This document shows, piece after piece, positions 48,041 to 61,764 of a stretch of DNA of 64,000 nt (positions are counted from its first letter, which is position 1; each line of letters starts with the position of its first letter). The notes under the pieces are model-generated. The model searched no databases and had not been told where the DNA came from. It saw only the letters and a program-made list of their open reading frames with translations. Source of the stretch: Mytilus californianus (lineage: Eukaryota). The stretch spans positions 44,516,001 to 44,580,000 of the forward strand of contig NW_026262701.1 in assembly GCF_021869535.1 (NCBI RefSeq), written 5' to 3'. Both the position numbers and the translations under genes were made by a program.

Positions 48041-48661
48041 GATAAAATGAATACAAATTGAATGGAACTGTCATCTTTATCTGTTTAAATGGAACTGTTT
48101 ATTATTCTTTTTAAATAAGATAAGATATGATGGGATACAGGTTGTTTATTAAGCCTTATTTGAAAGAAGTAGAGAAAGAGGTAAACCAGCATGTAGGGGT
48201 GGGGACATTAAATGATCCTTGTTTCTTTAAGTAATGGGAACATACAAGTATTTATTATAGCCAAGGTTTTCACATTAACCCAGTATTGCATTAATGGTGT
48301 CATAAGAATTCTTTATATCTTCATGTCACAGTACAAGGAGTTCCCTTCAATATCATGTCTCAGAAAACACACAGACATAATTGCAAACAAGTTTTAACCT
48401 TTTGGAAAAGCTATATAGTGTAACTGTGTTTTGTCAGCTTTTGTTTTTTAATGTTTGTGTGACTTTTTAGGGAAAAGAGGGGAGTTTAACTTTTTATTTC
48501 AAAAGTTTTTGTGAGTTTTTATTTTTTTTATTTTGGGATACTGTTCTTAAGGTTTCAGTTATATTATTTTTAGTTAGTTATTTGACATAAAATTAATCCT
48601 AACAAGGAAAGGCCAGTGAAGCAAAGACCAGTGACATAAGATCTGATGGTCATCGAATTTA

Positions 48662-49276
48662 AGGGCATACGATACAGTTACAGGGGAGGTAATGATGTCG
48701 CTATCTTAAAATGTTATTATTCGCAACATCAAACTGTGACATATCGGGATAAGATGCATTTTTCGACTGATTATTATCATTCAGACTGATTCAACTTGAA
48801 AATGAGTACACTTACCCTTCTTTTGAAAAATGACATTTGGCTTGATTTAGTATGAAGATTATTTGTGCCAATTTTATGAACCACATGCAATTACTGATGA
48901 TTTTTTTTTTAAATTAGATAAATATACATCTTAACTATAAAAATCATGAAAATTAAAAAAAAAAAAATGTTTCCAAAGAATTGTTACACAAATGCAAAGC
49001 ATGCTTATGTAGAGAAGATGTTCCAAATGTTTATACTAAATCTGTTTGTGTTTTTAAAACAAAAAAGTTTAAGGCATGTCTTTCCAAAGGATAGAAATGT
49101 CCACGAAACTGAAATTTGACCAGTAAATGACTTCAATTTAGACCCCATTTATCTCTTAAAGTAGCACATGAGGGTATACTGTTTATTACATATTTGAATT
49201 GACTCGGTAAAAAATAGCTTGTATGCAAACTTTCATCAAAAATTACATGTGGGATCAAAATAGTATTCTATGCCCT
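48662..49276. mobile_element. Non-autonomous DNA transposon with TTAA-like flanks (Kolobok-like)
   Basis: agggcatacgatac / gtattctatgccct; flanks TTTA and TTAA. Confidence 0.55.
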
Positions 49277-50203
49277 TTAAATGCTAGACTGTGAAAGGAA
49301 AATAAAACATACAATAGTAAAATCCAGAAAAAACTGATTCATTAAACCTAACAAGTTGTTAGATTAGACTGACACAGCCTTATCTGATGGAAATGACAAG
49401 TTAGGGGTGGTCAACCAAAATTAATCATAGAATCAGCTGTGTATATCATTTCCCTAAAGTTTGATAGCAATTGGACATTTATAGCATTTTTTGTTCTGTA
49501 AATTTTCTATTTTCTGTCATTATTTCAGCCACCATTGAAAGTCAAAAACCATACTATTTAAAGAGTTCATATTAGTATATCTTTTAACAGGAGATTTTAT
49601 AACATGTTACATCCATATCATTTGGACTTAAAGTTGACCTCATTGGCAATCATACCACATCTCCTCATTTTTATATGAAAAAATAAATGGAGAATGTGTC
49701 TATGGGCCAAAGATGTCCCCCCCTTGTAAATATGCAGGAGTCCACTTCCACATTCAGATGCAGGATTCACGTAGTTAAGACCGTTTTGTGATTATAAGCA
49801 TTGTGAATAAGTTTCATAAAATTTGGTTGTGGCAAACTAAAGTTAGAGAACAGAAACCAATTTTGGGGACGTACGCGACGGACGAACAGGACAGATGGAT
49901 CGACGGACAAGGGTAACACTTAATGCCAGGTCTGCTTTTTTTCAATTTCTACTTTTTTCAATCTTAGGCAAAGGTGACAGAAATGTTTGAAGGTGATTCA
50001 TTCATAAACCATAATTTTTAAAGAGGATCTGTAGGTATATATTAAATGAAGGTTTTGAGTAACAGTCCCATTACAAGATTTTAAGAATTTTTTGACAAAT
50101 ATTCTATATTTAGTTTCAGTGGCAGGAATATATTAGTAAGGCAGTTAGAATCGGTAACTACATGTATTACTCTTAACGGGCATCATTAATATAATATTTT
50201 GTG

Positions 50204-50999
50204 AAAGGGGCATTAGCTGTGAAATTCACTTCTATGGATTTGACTCAAACTCTTTAATTTGACTTATAACATGCTAAAATATTTACCAGAATTACAAAAG
50301 TTCCGTAGGAATTAACAATAAACAATGCATGCTATAGTAAAAAAGTATCAGCATTTTGGGTCCATTTTAGACTAGACACTTTTTGATAAACCACTGAGAT
50401 GACCTTTAAAGACTGCTGATGGCCATGTAACCTGATATTAATAGACAAGCACATGCTATAGTATACTGATTTTTATATTTTCATAGATTAAAAAAAAATA
50501 TGTTAATCATTGTTTTACCTGTATGTGAACAATTTTTTTATGGGCCCAATCAGTAAGTAAAAGGGTTCTTCCTGTGGATTGATTGTTTCACTATTAAATT
50601 TTTAGATTCTTTTCTCTTTAATAACTGATTGAACATGCCGAGGACATGTGCAAAACTGCGAACTATCTCCAACTAAGGGTCAAATTAAAGGTTGCATGCA
50701 TACAAACCCAAATCAGAGATCAAATTATTGTTTTGTAAGTTGCAAGACAACAATCTATAATAAAATGATGTTTTTGAGCTTATTTTTACAGACAGGCTTT
50801 TAATAATAAATTATTATTTCAATATCCCCCTATTTATTAATGTCTGAAACAAAAATCCTACTTTTCTAATATTTTGTTTTAATAGTAGCTTGAAATACCT
50901 ATTTAATGTTCATGATCCCAATATTGCTCATGAATCATTTCATGTATAAAATTCCAAGAAACATTTTCATAGGCTGAAATTTCACTGCTTGACCCCTTT
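50204..50999. mobile_element. Degenerate non-autonomous DNA transposon
   Basis: aaaggggcattagctgtgaaatt / aatttcactgcttgacccctttg imperfect TIRs. Confidence 0.4.
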
Positions 51000-51971
51000 G
51001 CCTATTAAATGGTCTTTTAAAGTTAAGTCTTAATGTAATTTCATATTCAGACAAAGAAAGATAACTCAATGCATTTTGGGGTATTTTTTTTTCTGAATTA
51101 AGCTAGGAATTTTTAATAATGCAAGTCACATTTTGTGCAACAAGCATGACAACCTATGTATATTGCTATAAAAATTGCATGTATGACAGTATGGGTGTTC
51201 CAATTCTATCATTTGGTGTTACCGCGTATAAATTCAGAAAAATTGTAGTAATTTTAATCTGAGTTTTTCTGTATTGAAAATAAATTTTAAGAGGATAAAA
51301 AAAGTTCTCCTCATTTTATGATTTATAGAATATTGGGCAGAATTTATATTGAATCAAATTGTAAAAAAGCTAGAATCATTGGTTTCTGGTAAAGATTTAT
51401 TAGTGGTAAAACAAACATTTTACATTACACGCTCAATGAATTCAAATATCAACAAAGCCCAAGAAGTTTATCATAATAAATGTTTATTAAAGATTAAGAT
51501 ACATTACATGACTGTGATTAAAGTTTATTTTAGAATTCTCACCTAGTAATAAATAACAAAAATATTAAAGTTTGTGGTTACGAAAACTTTATCTGATAGT
51601 TTTATACCTAGTATTTACACTGTAAAAGTCATTGCCATGAACTCTGATCTAGTAAAGTATAATCTTAATCATTAAATGCACACCTCTTTATGTTTGTTTT
51701 TTATATATATCTTATTTAACTGGTATCTGATCTTAAAATGTATAATGTGTAAATTCTAAAAAATTGCCAATTAAAAGTGGAAGAATTTTTATTACTGATA
51801 TATCTGAAAGACACTGTGATGAGGGTCTGGATAAGGTTTACAGAATAGAAAATAATGGGCCAAGTCTTCAGAAAAATGGACCAAAAAAAAAAAGAAAAAC
51901 AGAAAAGAAAATAATATGGTCATAAATTAAAAATAATAGAGAAAAATTATCATAAATTATAAGGAATATAG

Positions 51972-53048
51972 AACTGGAGGCTCTAAAGAACGTGTGTCGC
52001 TCACCTTGGTCTATGTGCATATTCAACAAAGGACTGTGCTCTCCAACATTGTAGATGAGAATAGAATTCATGACAAAAATATCTGTTATGTTGATCTTGG
52101 ATTGCTGATCATTTAGTCTGTTTAGTTTCTCTCCACCGGTATCTTCTTTAGTTTTTGCTCAAAACACAAAAGAGGGTAAAAAATACCTCATTTAAGGCTA
52201 TCACTCCTATGAAGAGTGACAGTCTAAGAACTTTATCAGCAAATTTGACTTGTTAGTAAATCTTGCCTTGCTGATAATTTTTGTGATTTAAAGTGTCTAT
52301 TTATCTATTATAATTTTTTATCATATAAGTCAAAACGCAAAAAAAATGGTAAAAATCATCATTAAAGGGCTGAATAACAGACAATTTCCTTCATTTTGTC
52401 TAAGTTGTAGATCTTGTCTTGCTGATCATTTTTGCTTATTTAAGTTTCTATCTATTTATTACAATTTTTAAGATATAAGGCAAAAACGCAAAAAAATGGT
52501 AAAAATCATCATCAAAGGCCATAACTCTAATAAGGAGACGACTGACCATTTCGACCATGCAAAAACTTTTGCTGATCATTTTTGCAATTCAAAATTTCTC
52601 CCTATCTAATATAGTTTTCACGATAATAGGCAAAAATGAAAAAAAATGGTAAAATTTGTCATTTAAGGCCATAACTCCTACAAGAAGTGTTCTGACAGTT
52701 TTGACGTAAACAAACAATTGGTAGAGCTCATCATTCTGAACATTTTTGCCCAGTCAGATTTTCTCTATTTATAACGGTTTTCAAAATAATAGACAAAACA
52801 TACATTTTATCCCTATGTTCTATTTTTAGCAATGTCAGCCATCTTGGTTGGCATGCAGGGTCATCTGCCACATTTTTAAAACTAGATACTAAAATAATGA
52901 TTGTGGCTAAGTTTGAATAAATTTGGCCCAGTAGTTTCAGAGGAGAAGATATTTGTAAAAGTTAATGATGACAGACGATGACGCCGGACGCCGGACACCA
53001 AGTGATGAGAAAAGCTCACTTGGCCCTGCGGGCCTGGTGAACTTAAAA
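51972..53048 (+). mobile_element. HINE family A (diverged, multi-core) inserted in a MITE
   Basis: aactggaggctctaaagaac start, repeated cores, (gacg)n, hairpin gctcacttggccc-tgc-gggcctggtgaac. Confidence 0.75.
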
Positions 53049-53654
53049 TGACCTAAAAAATTAAAGATTATAAAAATGAAAGCCCTGCCATACAGACCCT
53101 CTGTAATTCCTGAAATAATGATGAATTTGGTGACAATTTTTAAGACTTACATAAATATTCTAATTCCAAGATGAAAGGCAAAAATTGTTGCCTAAAATTC
53201 AATATATGAATCCATTTATAATCTCCTTAAAAATATGAGGTATATCTCTGATATCTTAAAATTGGTTTATAAACTTTGGTAAATCAGTTTTACAAATATT
53301 TAATACTGTCCTTGAAACTTCCAATAAACAAACATACAGTTGTTTGCTCTGACACACATACCCAATTTGATTGAATTACAGATCCTAGTGTGTCCAGGCT
53401 TTGCTCACAAGGATATGACAATATTCCTTTCTACATTCGATAGCTACAGTGTCAACCAAATTATTTTCTGTTTGATAAATTAGAAAATTTCTGAAAGTAT
53501 GTAACATAAGCTTACAGCAATCCCGAAAATCCTCAAAAAAATTTCAGAAATAAATTTAAGTAAAACATATTGTTTTAAGATTATCTGTGCTTCAATCAGA
53601 CTGCAAACATATATTATATAAATCATGTAAGATATATGATAAAATTTAGTCTGT

Positions 53655-53770
53655 TTGTTTGTTTGTTGATTTTTAACACCTTTTTTAGCGACCTTGCATG
53701 GCTACGGCCAGCTTTTATTAGTGGAGGAAGCCGGAGAACCTGGGGGAACCATCTACCTTTGGTAGGAATA
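53655..53770 (-). mobile_element. SINE 3' fragment with (gttt)n tail
   Basis: gtttgtttgtttgttg followed by ttttattagtggaggaagccggagaacc. Confidence 0.45.
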
Positions 53771-55791
53771 CTTTAGAGAGATATAGGAGATCTACTAGAC
53801 TTAATTGATCATTTAACCTTTTAATGGAATTGATATCTCTGGTATTTATGTCTCTGATAATTGTACTTTAATATACCGGGGATTTTATGAAATAAGTCTT
53901 AAAGTCCACAGAATGATTAAAGAAAGACAACTCTTTTCTTCCTTGTCTATTGTTCAGCAAGAAATAATTACGTAGACTCTTCATATTTAAAACAATTTGA
54001 AATTTTTCTCTGAAATACTGGTTTCATCACAGGGAGGTCAAATCTTCCACTTTAAGGAAAAAATATATACTTAATTATTTCTCCCTCATTTAAAGAAATT
54101 GTTGTACTGAGTAAAAAATAATGAATACTGTAAAAACACTATATGGTTATCAATCTAGCTGACATAATGTTCTAGATATAGATAATAAGTTCTTTAATAG
54201 TTTTTTTTCTATGAAATATTGACAGTTTAACTGCAAATTTTTAGATAAGATATAATTCCAAACATTATGTAAAATAAACCTCTTGCTGAAACCTTTTTAA
54301 AAATCTCCCATTTCGAAGGTTTAATGAAAAGTTGAAAACTTAACTTGTGAACTTTTTCTTGATTTCAAAAATCTTATAAATAAATGAACCAAAGATACAA
54401 ATGGCCAAGTTTCTTACCATTTTTCTGAAACAACCTGTAAATAAGTTAATGAATCAATCTGTAAAGTTTTAATGAACTAGGTTAAAAGCTGTTTGAGGAG
54501 TTGGCTGTAGCAAAACAATAAGTCTTTTGTAAACTGAATGTTCAATATGACATTCACCAGTATTTTAGTAGAAAATTACCTACTAGGCCTAATTGTTTTA
54601 TCTGGTCAGCAACTTTAAATTTCAGAATTACTTTATCATTTTATAGGCTCCCCTTTTTAAAAAAGTTATTTATCTTTGTACTTTTACAAAACTGTCTGTA
54701 CCAGTCAATTCGTTTAATTGGTTAATCTTACATTATTCAAGATCTGTTTGAGTATTAGAAGTATGAAACATGACACCTGACCTCATCTTTATTTCAAATA
54801 TAGCCACTGAACACAATATTCACATAATCAATACAAACAAAATCAAATGTGTTAAAAACAAATATTTAAAAGGTTAACTTGTTCAGAAAATTAAATTTCC
54901 TATATAATTCAATGCTTTAAAGTTCTTGTATAAACATACTGAATAAAAGTGCTGTTTACAAAAAAATGTAAAGTACAAGTCTATTTATCTTGTTCATTTC
55001 TAACACTGTCCTTCAATTATTTACTGTCCATTACTGAAATTACTGGTGCTGCCATCGCTTTGAGTGTCCACTTTTCTAACTAACAAGTTGGATGTACAGC
55101 TTCAATGAAGTATATTATACAGAGCTCGATCACCTTTAAGTTTATTTTTTTTTCTATTATTTCAAAAGACATAACTTAAGAAGTAAAAGTTTTGATATTG
55201 GACTTGAGGCATACCTTTAGTTATAATAAAAATAAACTGTTGACACAGAGATATGTCTCGCCTGTCGGCATAAATTCAGAAAAAGACAATCCATGGACAT
55301 TAACATTGCTAATTAATTCAAAATCGCTGGACGAGGAACTAGTGGGCAGGGCCTCAAAATAGTCTTCAAACTGATATGTACTACTAGTAATGCAACTTCA
55401 TACAAAATAGCATTTTGTTAGGGGTTGGGGGGATTATAGTTTAGACTTTTTTGGCCAAACACAAGCTAGAACATCAGGGCTGCATGACTACCATGTAATA
55501 CTATTATATTCGAAGACTTGATATTTAGGTGTATCATAAGCCAAAGATCAAGACTGCATGACTACCATGTACTTAAATTACAATGAAGACACCCTGTACC
55601 ACAATGTAAAAGCCTAAATTCGGGTTATACCATTAGGTAAAATGTTTACCGTAACATTATATAAAGTAATCGTAACCAAAGAAAATTCCACTGGACTTTT
55701 AGCAGTAAGGATCCGCCGGATACCTGATAACTCTAATCCGCCGTATACCGGATCTATATAAAAAAGGGTGCAACTATTAATCCACCATTCT

Positions 55792-55833
55792 GCCTCTGAG
55801 GAAGGTCAGTGAAGGACTGAAAACCGGTCAGGC
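55792..55833 (+). ncRNA. Minimal type I hammerhead ribozyme in a Penelope-like pseudo-LTR
   Basis: GCCU, CUGAGGA, A, GGUC/GACU stem II, GAAA, ACCGGU palindrome, C, AGGC closing stem I. Confidence 0.6.
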
Positions 55834-57258
55834 TGTGGATCAGCACCAGGTGCTGTTAGTTATATGTTTTGGCATATACTATATTTTTTATTTGTCAAAT
55901 TCTTTTCCTGATGATACACATAATTAATATGGCTTCCATTAACAAAAGTTCCATTTGGAGCTACTGTGTTTATATATATATATATATATACAGAGAGACC
56001 TCATATGTCAGTATACCATTACTCTATACTAACAAGAAACTCGGAGTTGGTTTATCATGTTTATTGTGGTGAAATTGGAGAAGGAATATCAATACAGGAA
56101 AAGTATGGTTAGAATGCATAAAATCTGTTTAAATAGATTCATGTATTGCTCAAATATCCAGCTTTAATATATACCCCTTAAACCAACTGAAAGAAAAAAT
56201 ATAAAATGGAAATGACCCAAGGACTCTACAGATCTACCAATCTGCTTTCAAAAGAGAGTCTCAAATTAAAAATCTACTTTTTGCTTAAAAATAACTTCAG
56301 ATATAAAAGTCTTCAAAAAAGATGGTGATCTAACGAAAATGGTTAGTTTCAAAAGAAGTGGTATTGTTTTTTTAAATATAGATTTTTTTTTGATAAATGC
56401 AATCCTTAGATTTTCGGTCTACTTCAAAAAATAAATCATATTAAATATATTTGGAATTTGCATTCAATAACTCTTGTTTTAAATCAACACAAATTAAAAC
56501 CTCTTTTCCCTTCTTGGATTTCTTTTATGGATTAGTTTGTTATACTTTTTTTTAGTTGCATGCATAGTAGTGACTGTTAAGGTGACAGACACATTTCATA
56601 AGACGAAAATAATAAAAATGTAAAAAGTAATAAAGAACGAAATTTTTACTGCAAAATAAATACTCTTTTCGGATTGATCCCTATTTTAACCTAACATGGA
56701 ATGTCATCTAGAGACACAATAAAACAAATGGAATGAGTAAAATTGAAATTTCCCCAGCTGTTTCCTGATGATGAAACCCCTAATGGTTGTCAAGAGTACA
56801 AAACATCATGTCATATCCTTGTTCTTTTTCATCTTAATCTTTATGAATAATTATGTGTACTTCTGTTAAAATTTTAATATGTTTGATAATATTGGAAAGT
56901 TTGAAGTTTTCTTAAGCACTTAAGCTTAGAATTAATATGATGTTCAAAGTAATAAAATTTTATGTTAAGATTTTTTTTCAATTAAGGTTGTTTATTTTTA
57001 GAAATGGAAACCATATTCATAAGTGCTTTTAAAAATTTCAACTCTTCTTTCATATATAACTATAAAAGCTAATGTTTACCATTGAAATTCAAATATTTAT
57101 TGATCTAAATTTTGTATGCTTATTGAATAATAACTGCATAAAAAAACAGATCAATACACATCTTTCCCAAAGAATAATTTGGGCAAAATAAATATGGATA
57201 GATATCATGAAACAAATTTCGCAAATATTCCTAACTTTTCATTTTTATTGCAAATAAT

Positions 57259-57543
57259 AACAAGTGAAACTGCGAGCTACTGCTCACTAATGATACCCCC
57301 AGCCCAAATATGCATTTGTTGTTGAGTGATGAATCTGAAAACGCATCACATGGTATTAGCTGACATATATAAACCCTGAAACCAAATTTCAGAAATCCTT
57401 ATGATGTAGTTCCTGAGAAAGATGCGACGAAAAATATTCATGGGACGGACGAACGGACCAATGGACGTACAGACGGACGGATGAACGGACGGACAGACAG
57501 AGGTAAAACAGTATACCCCCACTTTTTAAAAGCGGGGGTATAA
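57259..57543 (+). mobile_element. Short HINE (family D)
   Basis: aacaagtgaaactgcg start, (ggac)n, hairpin tataccccc-actttttaaaagc-gggggtata. Confidence 0.7.
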
Positions 57544-59617
57544 TAATTATGCTTATTGTATTAATATTGGTATGCACTTTTTTGAAATGATACAGTGCAT
57601 AAGCTTGCCAAATTGTAAAAAACAAGAAAATAGCACTTTAAAAACTTAAAGCATCTGAAGTGCTTGTCTGGATTTACTGTAATCAGAATTCCTCTAACCA
57701 AAAAAACTTGAAAACCAATGATGTTTAAATTTCAAAATACATGAGGTACAATATGACCAAAAGGGAGCTAAAAAGAATTATAGCCAAATTCATCATATTC
57801 AACTTTGCCTGAGGAAGTTGATGTCACCTTAGTTTCTTTAAAGATTCTAAATTGATCAACCCAGAATTAATACATATTCAATAATATTGAGCTTTTAGTA
57901 GGTCAAAAAATAATATCTGCAGAAAAACAATGCAAAGAAAATTCCTATGTACCTATTTCAGAAGAAAAAAAATGGTGAAATAGGCAGCCAGTATTTAATA
58001 AGGCAGAAACATTTACTAATTTGGCCTTATTAGTTAGTTTTTTATTATATCTAAATTTACTCCTGCAATTTACGTAAACATTGTTTCTATGGGCATGCAG
58101 AAACATATTAGCAAAAACATATGTCAGACCAGTAAATAACTGCATACAAATTTATCTTCCATTAAACACATTATCGTTCCTTTAACACAGTCATAATATG
58201 TTCTTTTTTAACTGTCAGCAAATTAAATTTACCCCCTATGTAAAATTTCGGCTTATTTTGATACCTAACAAGATTATAAGCTCATCACTTTGTAATATTA
58301 TAAAGAGATTCCGACTTGGTTTAAATTTACATAGTGTCAGATAAGAAAATCTTATTTGACGCACAGTTACTTCATAAAAAATCCTTTATTAACAAACAAC
58401 TACCACCTTGAGAGGAATTCTTTACACACGGACTGATCATTCAATAAAAAACTTTCATTTATGTTGTGTTTATTATAAGTATAATCAATGAAAAGATTAT
58501 GACAGTTTAAGCATTACCAGTACTTCAGTTTTCAAGCCTTATATATTGTGGTGACAGAAAGTCTTCAAGAAACTTTCATTGATAATTGTGAACACTTAAG
58601 GTTCACTTGGAAATATAATTCTACTATCTGTATGTACACCATTGCATTAAAGGAACATATTTAAAGCAAATAAAATGTTTAAAGAGAGTCCACAACACAC
58701 AATTTATTTAAGTCTTAGATAAATATATTCAAACATGGATGACGTCAGTTCTTAGAAACAATATCTGCAGTATTATTTTGTTGTAGTTGCAAGAGGGTTG
58801 TAACGGGGGGTATGTGCATGGTCGAATAGGAAATAAAAATTTTCATGATGAACACACAGTCATTAAAAATAGCTTGCACTTTGCTTTTTCACCAATTTTG
58901 AAGAAAACACAGTGAATAAAATGAGCTTCAAACACAACAAAATGTGAATTTTAACATGTTGCACAAAAATAATCCTTTACCACTTTCTTTCAGGAACTGC
59001 TTCTTGTTTATATGCTACAAGGAAATCAAATCCATCTTAAAAATATCCATTGGTCTCATAATTGATTTACAACATTCAAGTTCAATAAAAAAAAAAAAAT
59101 TTTTTAGCTTGTAAGTTAAAACAAAATTTTGTAGAGGGGCAGAATTCTCTTTTTCCAGAATTTAGGATTTAGTATTTATTTTTCTGCACTTTGGGATGAC
59201 ACTCCCTCCTATGAGTCCTACCCCTTGGTACTATAACAGACCATCTAATAGTAAAAATGCTAAGCTATAATTAAGGAACAATATAGGCTGTTAAATTGGC
59301 ATTATAATAGTTCAGAAATATTCTAATACAAGTCTAAATGATGTGTGCTTTATTAGTCTGCAATGTTAAATTTTGATTACTATTTACTACACAGATTTTT
59401 TAACAATTGTTGAAAAAGTATTCTATATCTTATAAAACTTAAAAATAATTCATTTGGATTATTTTCATGACAGAGGTAACAGTATGATATATTTCAAAGC
59501 ATAAGTAAATCTTTATTTCATTTAAAGTCTGGTTTTCATATATTCAATCAAAATAGAACATGAGATCAATGAAAGCTCTTTAACCAACCGAGTAATAAAT
59601 ATCTTATCCTATACTGA

Positions 59618-59905
59618 AACAAGAATGTGTCCATAGTACACGGATGCCCCACTCACACTATCATTTTCTATGTTCAGTTGACCATGAAATTGGGGTCAAA
59701 ACTCTAATTTGGCATAAAAATCAGAAAAATCATATCATAGGGAACATGTGTACTAAGTTTCAAGTTGATTGGACTTCAACTTCATCAAAAACTACCTTGA
59801 CCAAAAACTTTAACCTGATGCGGGACAGACGGACGAACAAACGAACGAACTGACACACAGACGGAAAAACATAATGCCCCTCTTCTTTTGGAGGTGGGGC
59901 ATAAA
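59618..59905 (+). mobile_element. Short HINE (family E); related fragment near 49690-49925
   Basis: aacaagaatgtgtcc start, (gacg/aacg)n, hairpin atgcccc...ggggcat. Confidence 0.7.
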
Positions 59906-60875
59906 AAAAGAAGATTATACCAGTAAATTATCCCAAATATAAAAAGAGGGGAGATTCCACATACACAAAATATTACTAAATAGTAACATGAATAAAATGC
60001 CATCTGCAAAGGGACACAACTCTTGTAAATGCAACTAACATGAAAATACTACAGTAACAATAGAAATTGATAATTTATGATAGATTCATACATAAATTTA
60101 TAAAAAGTTCATTCTTGCTTATGTTTGAAGTTAAAGATACTGTTAAAAGAATACCAAATAAAGCCCCCCCTTTTTTTTCTCATATCTGCTATTATTACAC
60201 TAGTAATTGAGAAACCAAAAACTGTTTTATACATTTGCTCTTCATTTAGAATTGACTGATTGCTTCCTACCACAAAAGAAACACATAAGTAGCTGTATTA
60301 TTATTTTATGGCAGACTTCATCCATGCATCAACATGCCTCCATGTTTGAAAATTATGACAAATCAAACACTAGATTTCTCTACCTTTGAAGTTTTGGTAT
60401 TGGTTTTATGTAATTATTATTGAAAACAGATCATAATACATGTGCCATTCAATAATTTTATTAATAAATGTAAATCATTAATTTATATACTGTATTAAAC
60501 CATCATATCTTCAAAAACAACTTATTCACTCACAAAGTCAATTATGTACTTCTCTTATACACATACTAGTTAACATATTGATTATAAAATTGTCCTTAAA
60601 TAGAAACCAAAAGAATTCATTCATTTGCGGTTTGATTAAATTAGTTTCTCTGTTTATCAAACACCTTCATTTTCTAACAAATCTATGAATTATTGATCCA
60701 ATATGGACCATTATTACTTTTTATATATTATAATCAGTAGAACCAGGTTAGGATCCAGGATTTTGAAAAGGGGGAGGGCCCTGGCAAGCCAACATTTAGA
60801 GTGATAATTCTATGTATTTATTATATATGTAGCCCCATAAGAAAGCTAATCTGCCTCTGAGAACAGGACGGAAAA

Positions 60876-61764
60876 ATGTGCTCCACCTGAGCAGCTGGAT
60901 ACGACTGCAGAGGTCCAACTCTGAACAGTTGGGGCAATTTAGTATGGACATAATATTCAAGCTTGATACAGCTCTCAATTTTGATCAGTATTTGTTGTTT
61001 CTTTATATAGATCAGAAATAATTTATGTTAGAACCAGCTTAGCCAGTATTAGAAAAGTCGTGTTTTTGGCCCCTATTTGGCCTCTAGTTTCTTAATGATT
61101 AAAGCGGCCACAACCCACAAAATCGACCCCAACCTTCTGTGTGTGGTATGGAACCTTGTGGTACAATTTCATAGAGATCCATTGACTAATACTTAAGTAT
61201 TTGTCCGGAAACCAGAAAAACCTTGTTCCTCCCCCCCCTTTTTTTGCCCCTTATTCCTGAACAGTTTGAGCCATAACCCCCAAAGTCAAACCCAACCTTC
61301 CCTTTGTGGTATGGAACCTTGTGTTTCAATTTCATAGAGATCCATAGACTAATACTTAAGTAATTGTCCATTAACCAGAAAAACCTTGTTTTTTCCCCAT
61401 TTTTTTACCCCTTTTCCTGAACGGTTTGAACCATAACCCCCAAAGTCAATCCCAACCTTCCCTTTGTGGTATGGAACCTTGTGGTACAATTTCATAGAGA
61501 TCCATACACTTATACACAAGTTATTGTCCGGAAACTTAGAAAAATGCCTTTTTTGGCCCCCTTTTGACCCCTTACTCCTTATTTAAAACAGTTGAGACCA
61601 TAACACCCAAAATCAATCCCAACCTTCCTTTTGTGCTATTGAACCTTGTGGTTAAATTTCATAGGGATCCATTCACTTATACTAAAGTTATTGTCCGGAA
61701 ACCAAATGTCTTCGGATAACGACGACATGATAGCAATAACGCAAATTTTTTGCGGTCGTAAAAA
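60876..61764 (+). mobile_element. HINE family B with about 5 tandem 125-130-bp cores
   Basis: 5' end homologous to 23049, cores ccaaccttcc...catagagatcc, 3' gcaaattttttgcggtcgta. Confidence 0.75.

Noticed and set aside
55025-55070. Possible minus-strand exon (MAAPVISVMD or KVDTQSDGSTSNFSNG)
   Set aside because: Weak donor CA|GTAAAT, ambiguous frame, very short.
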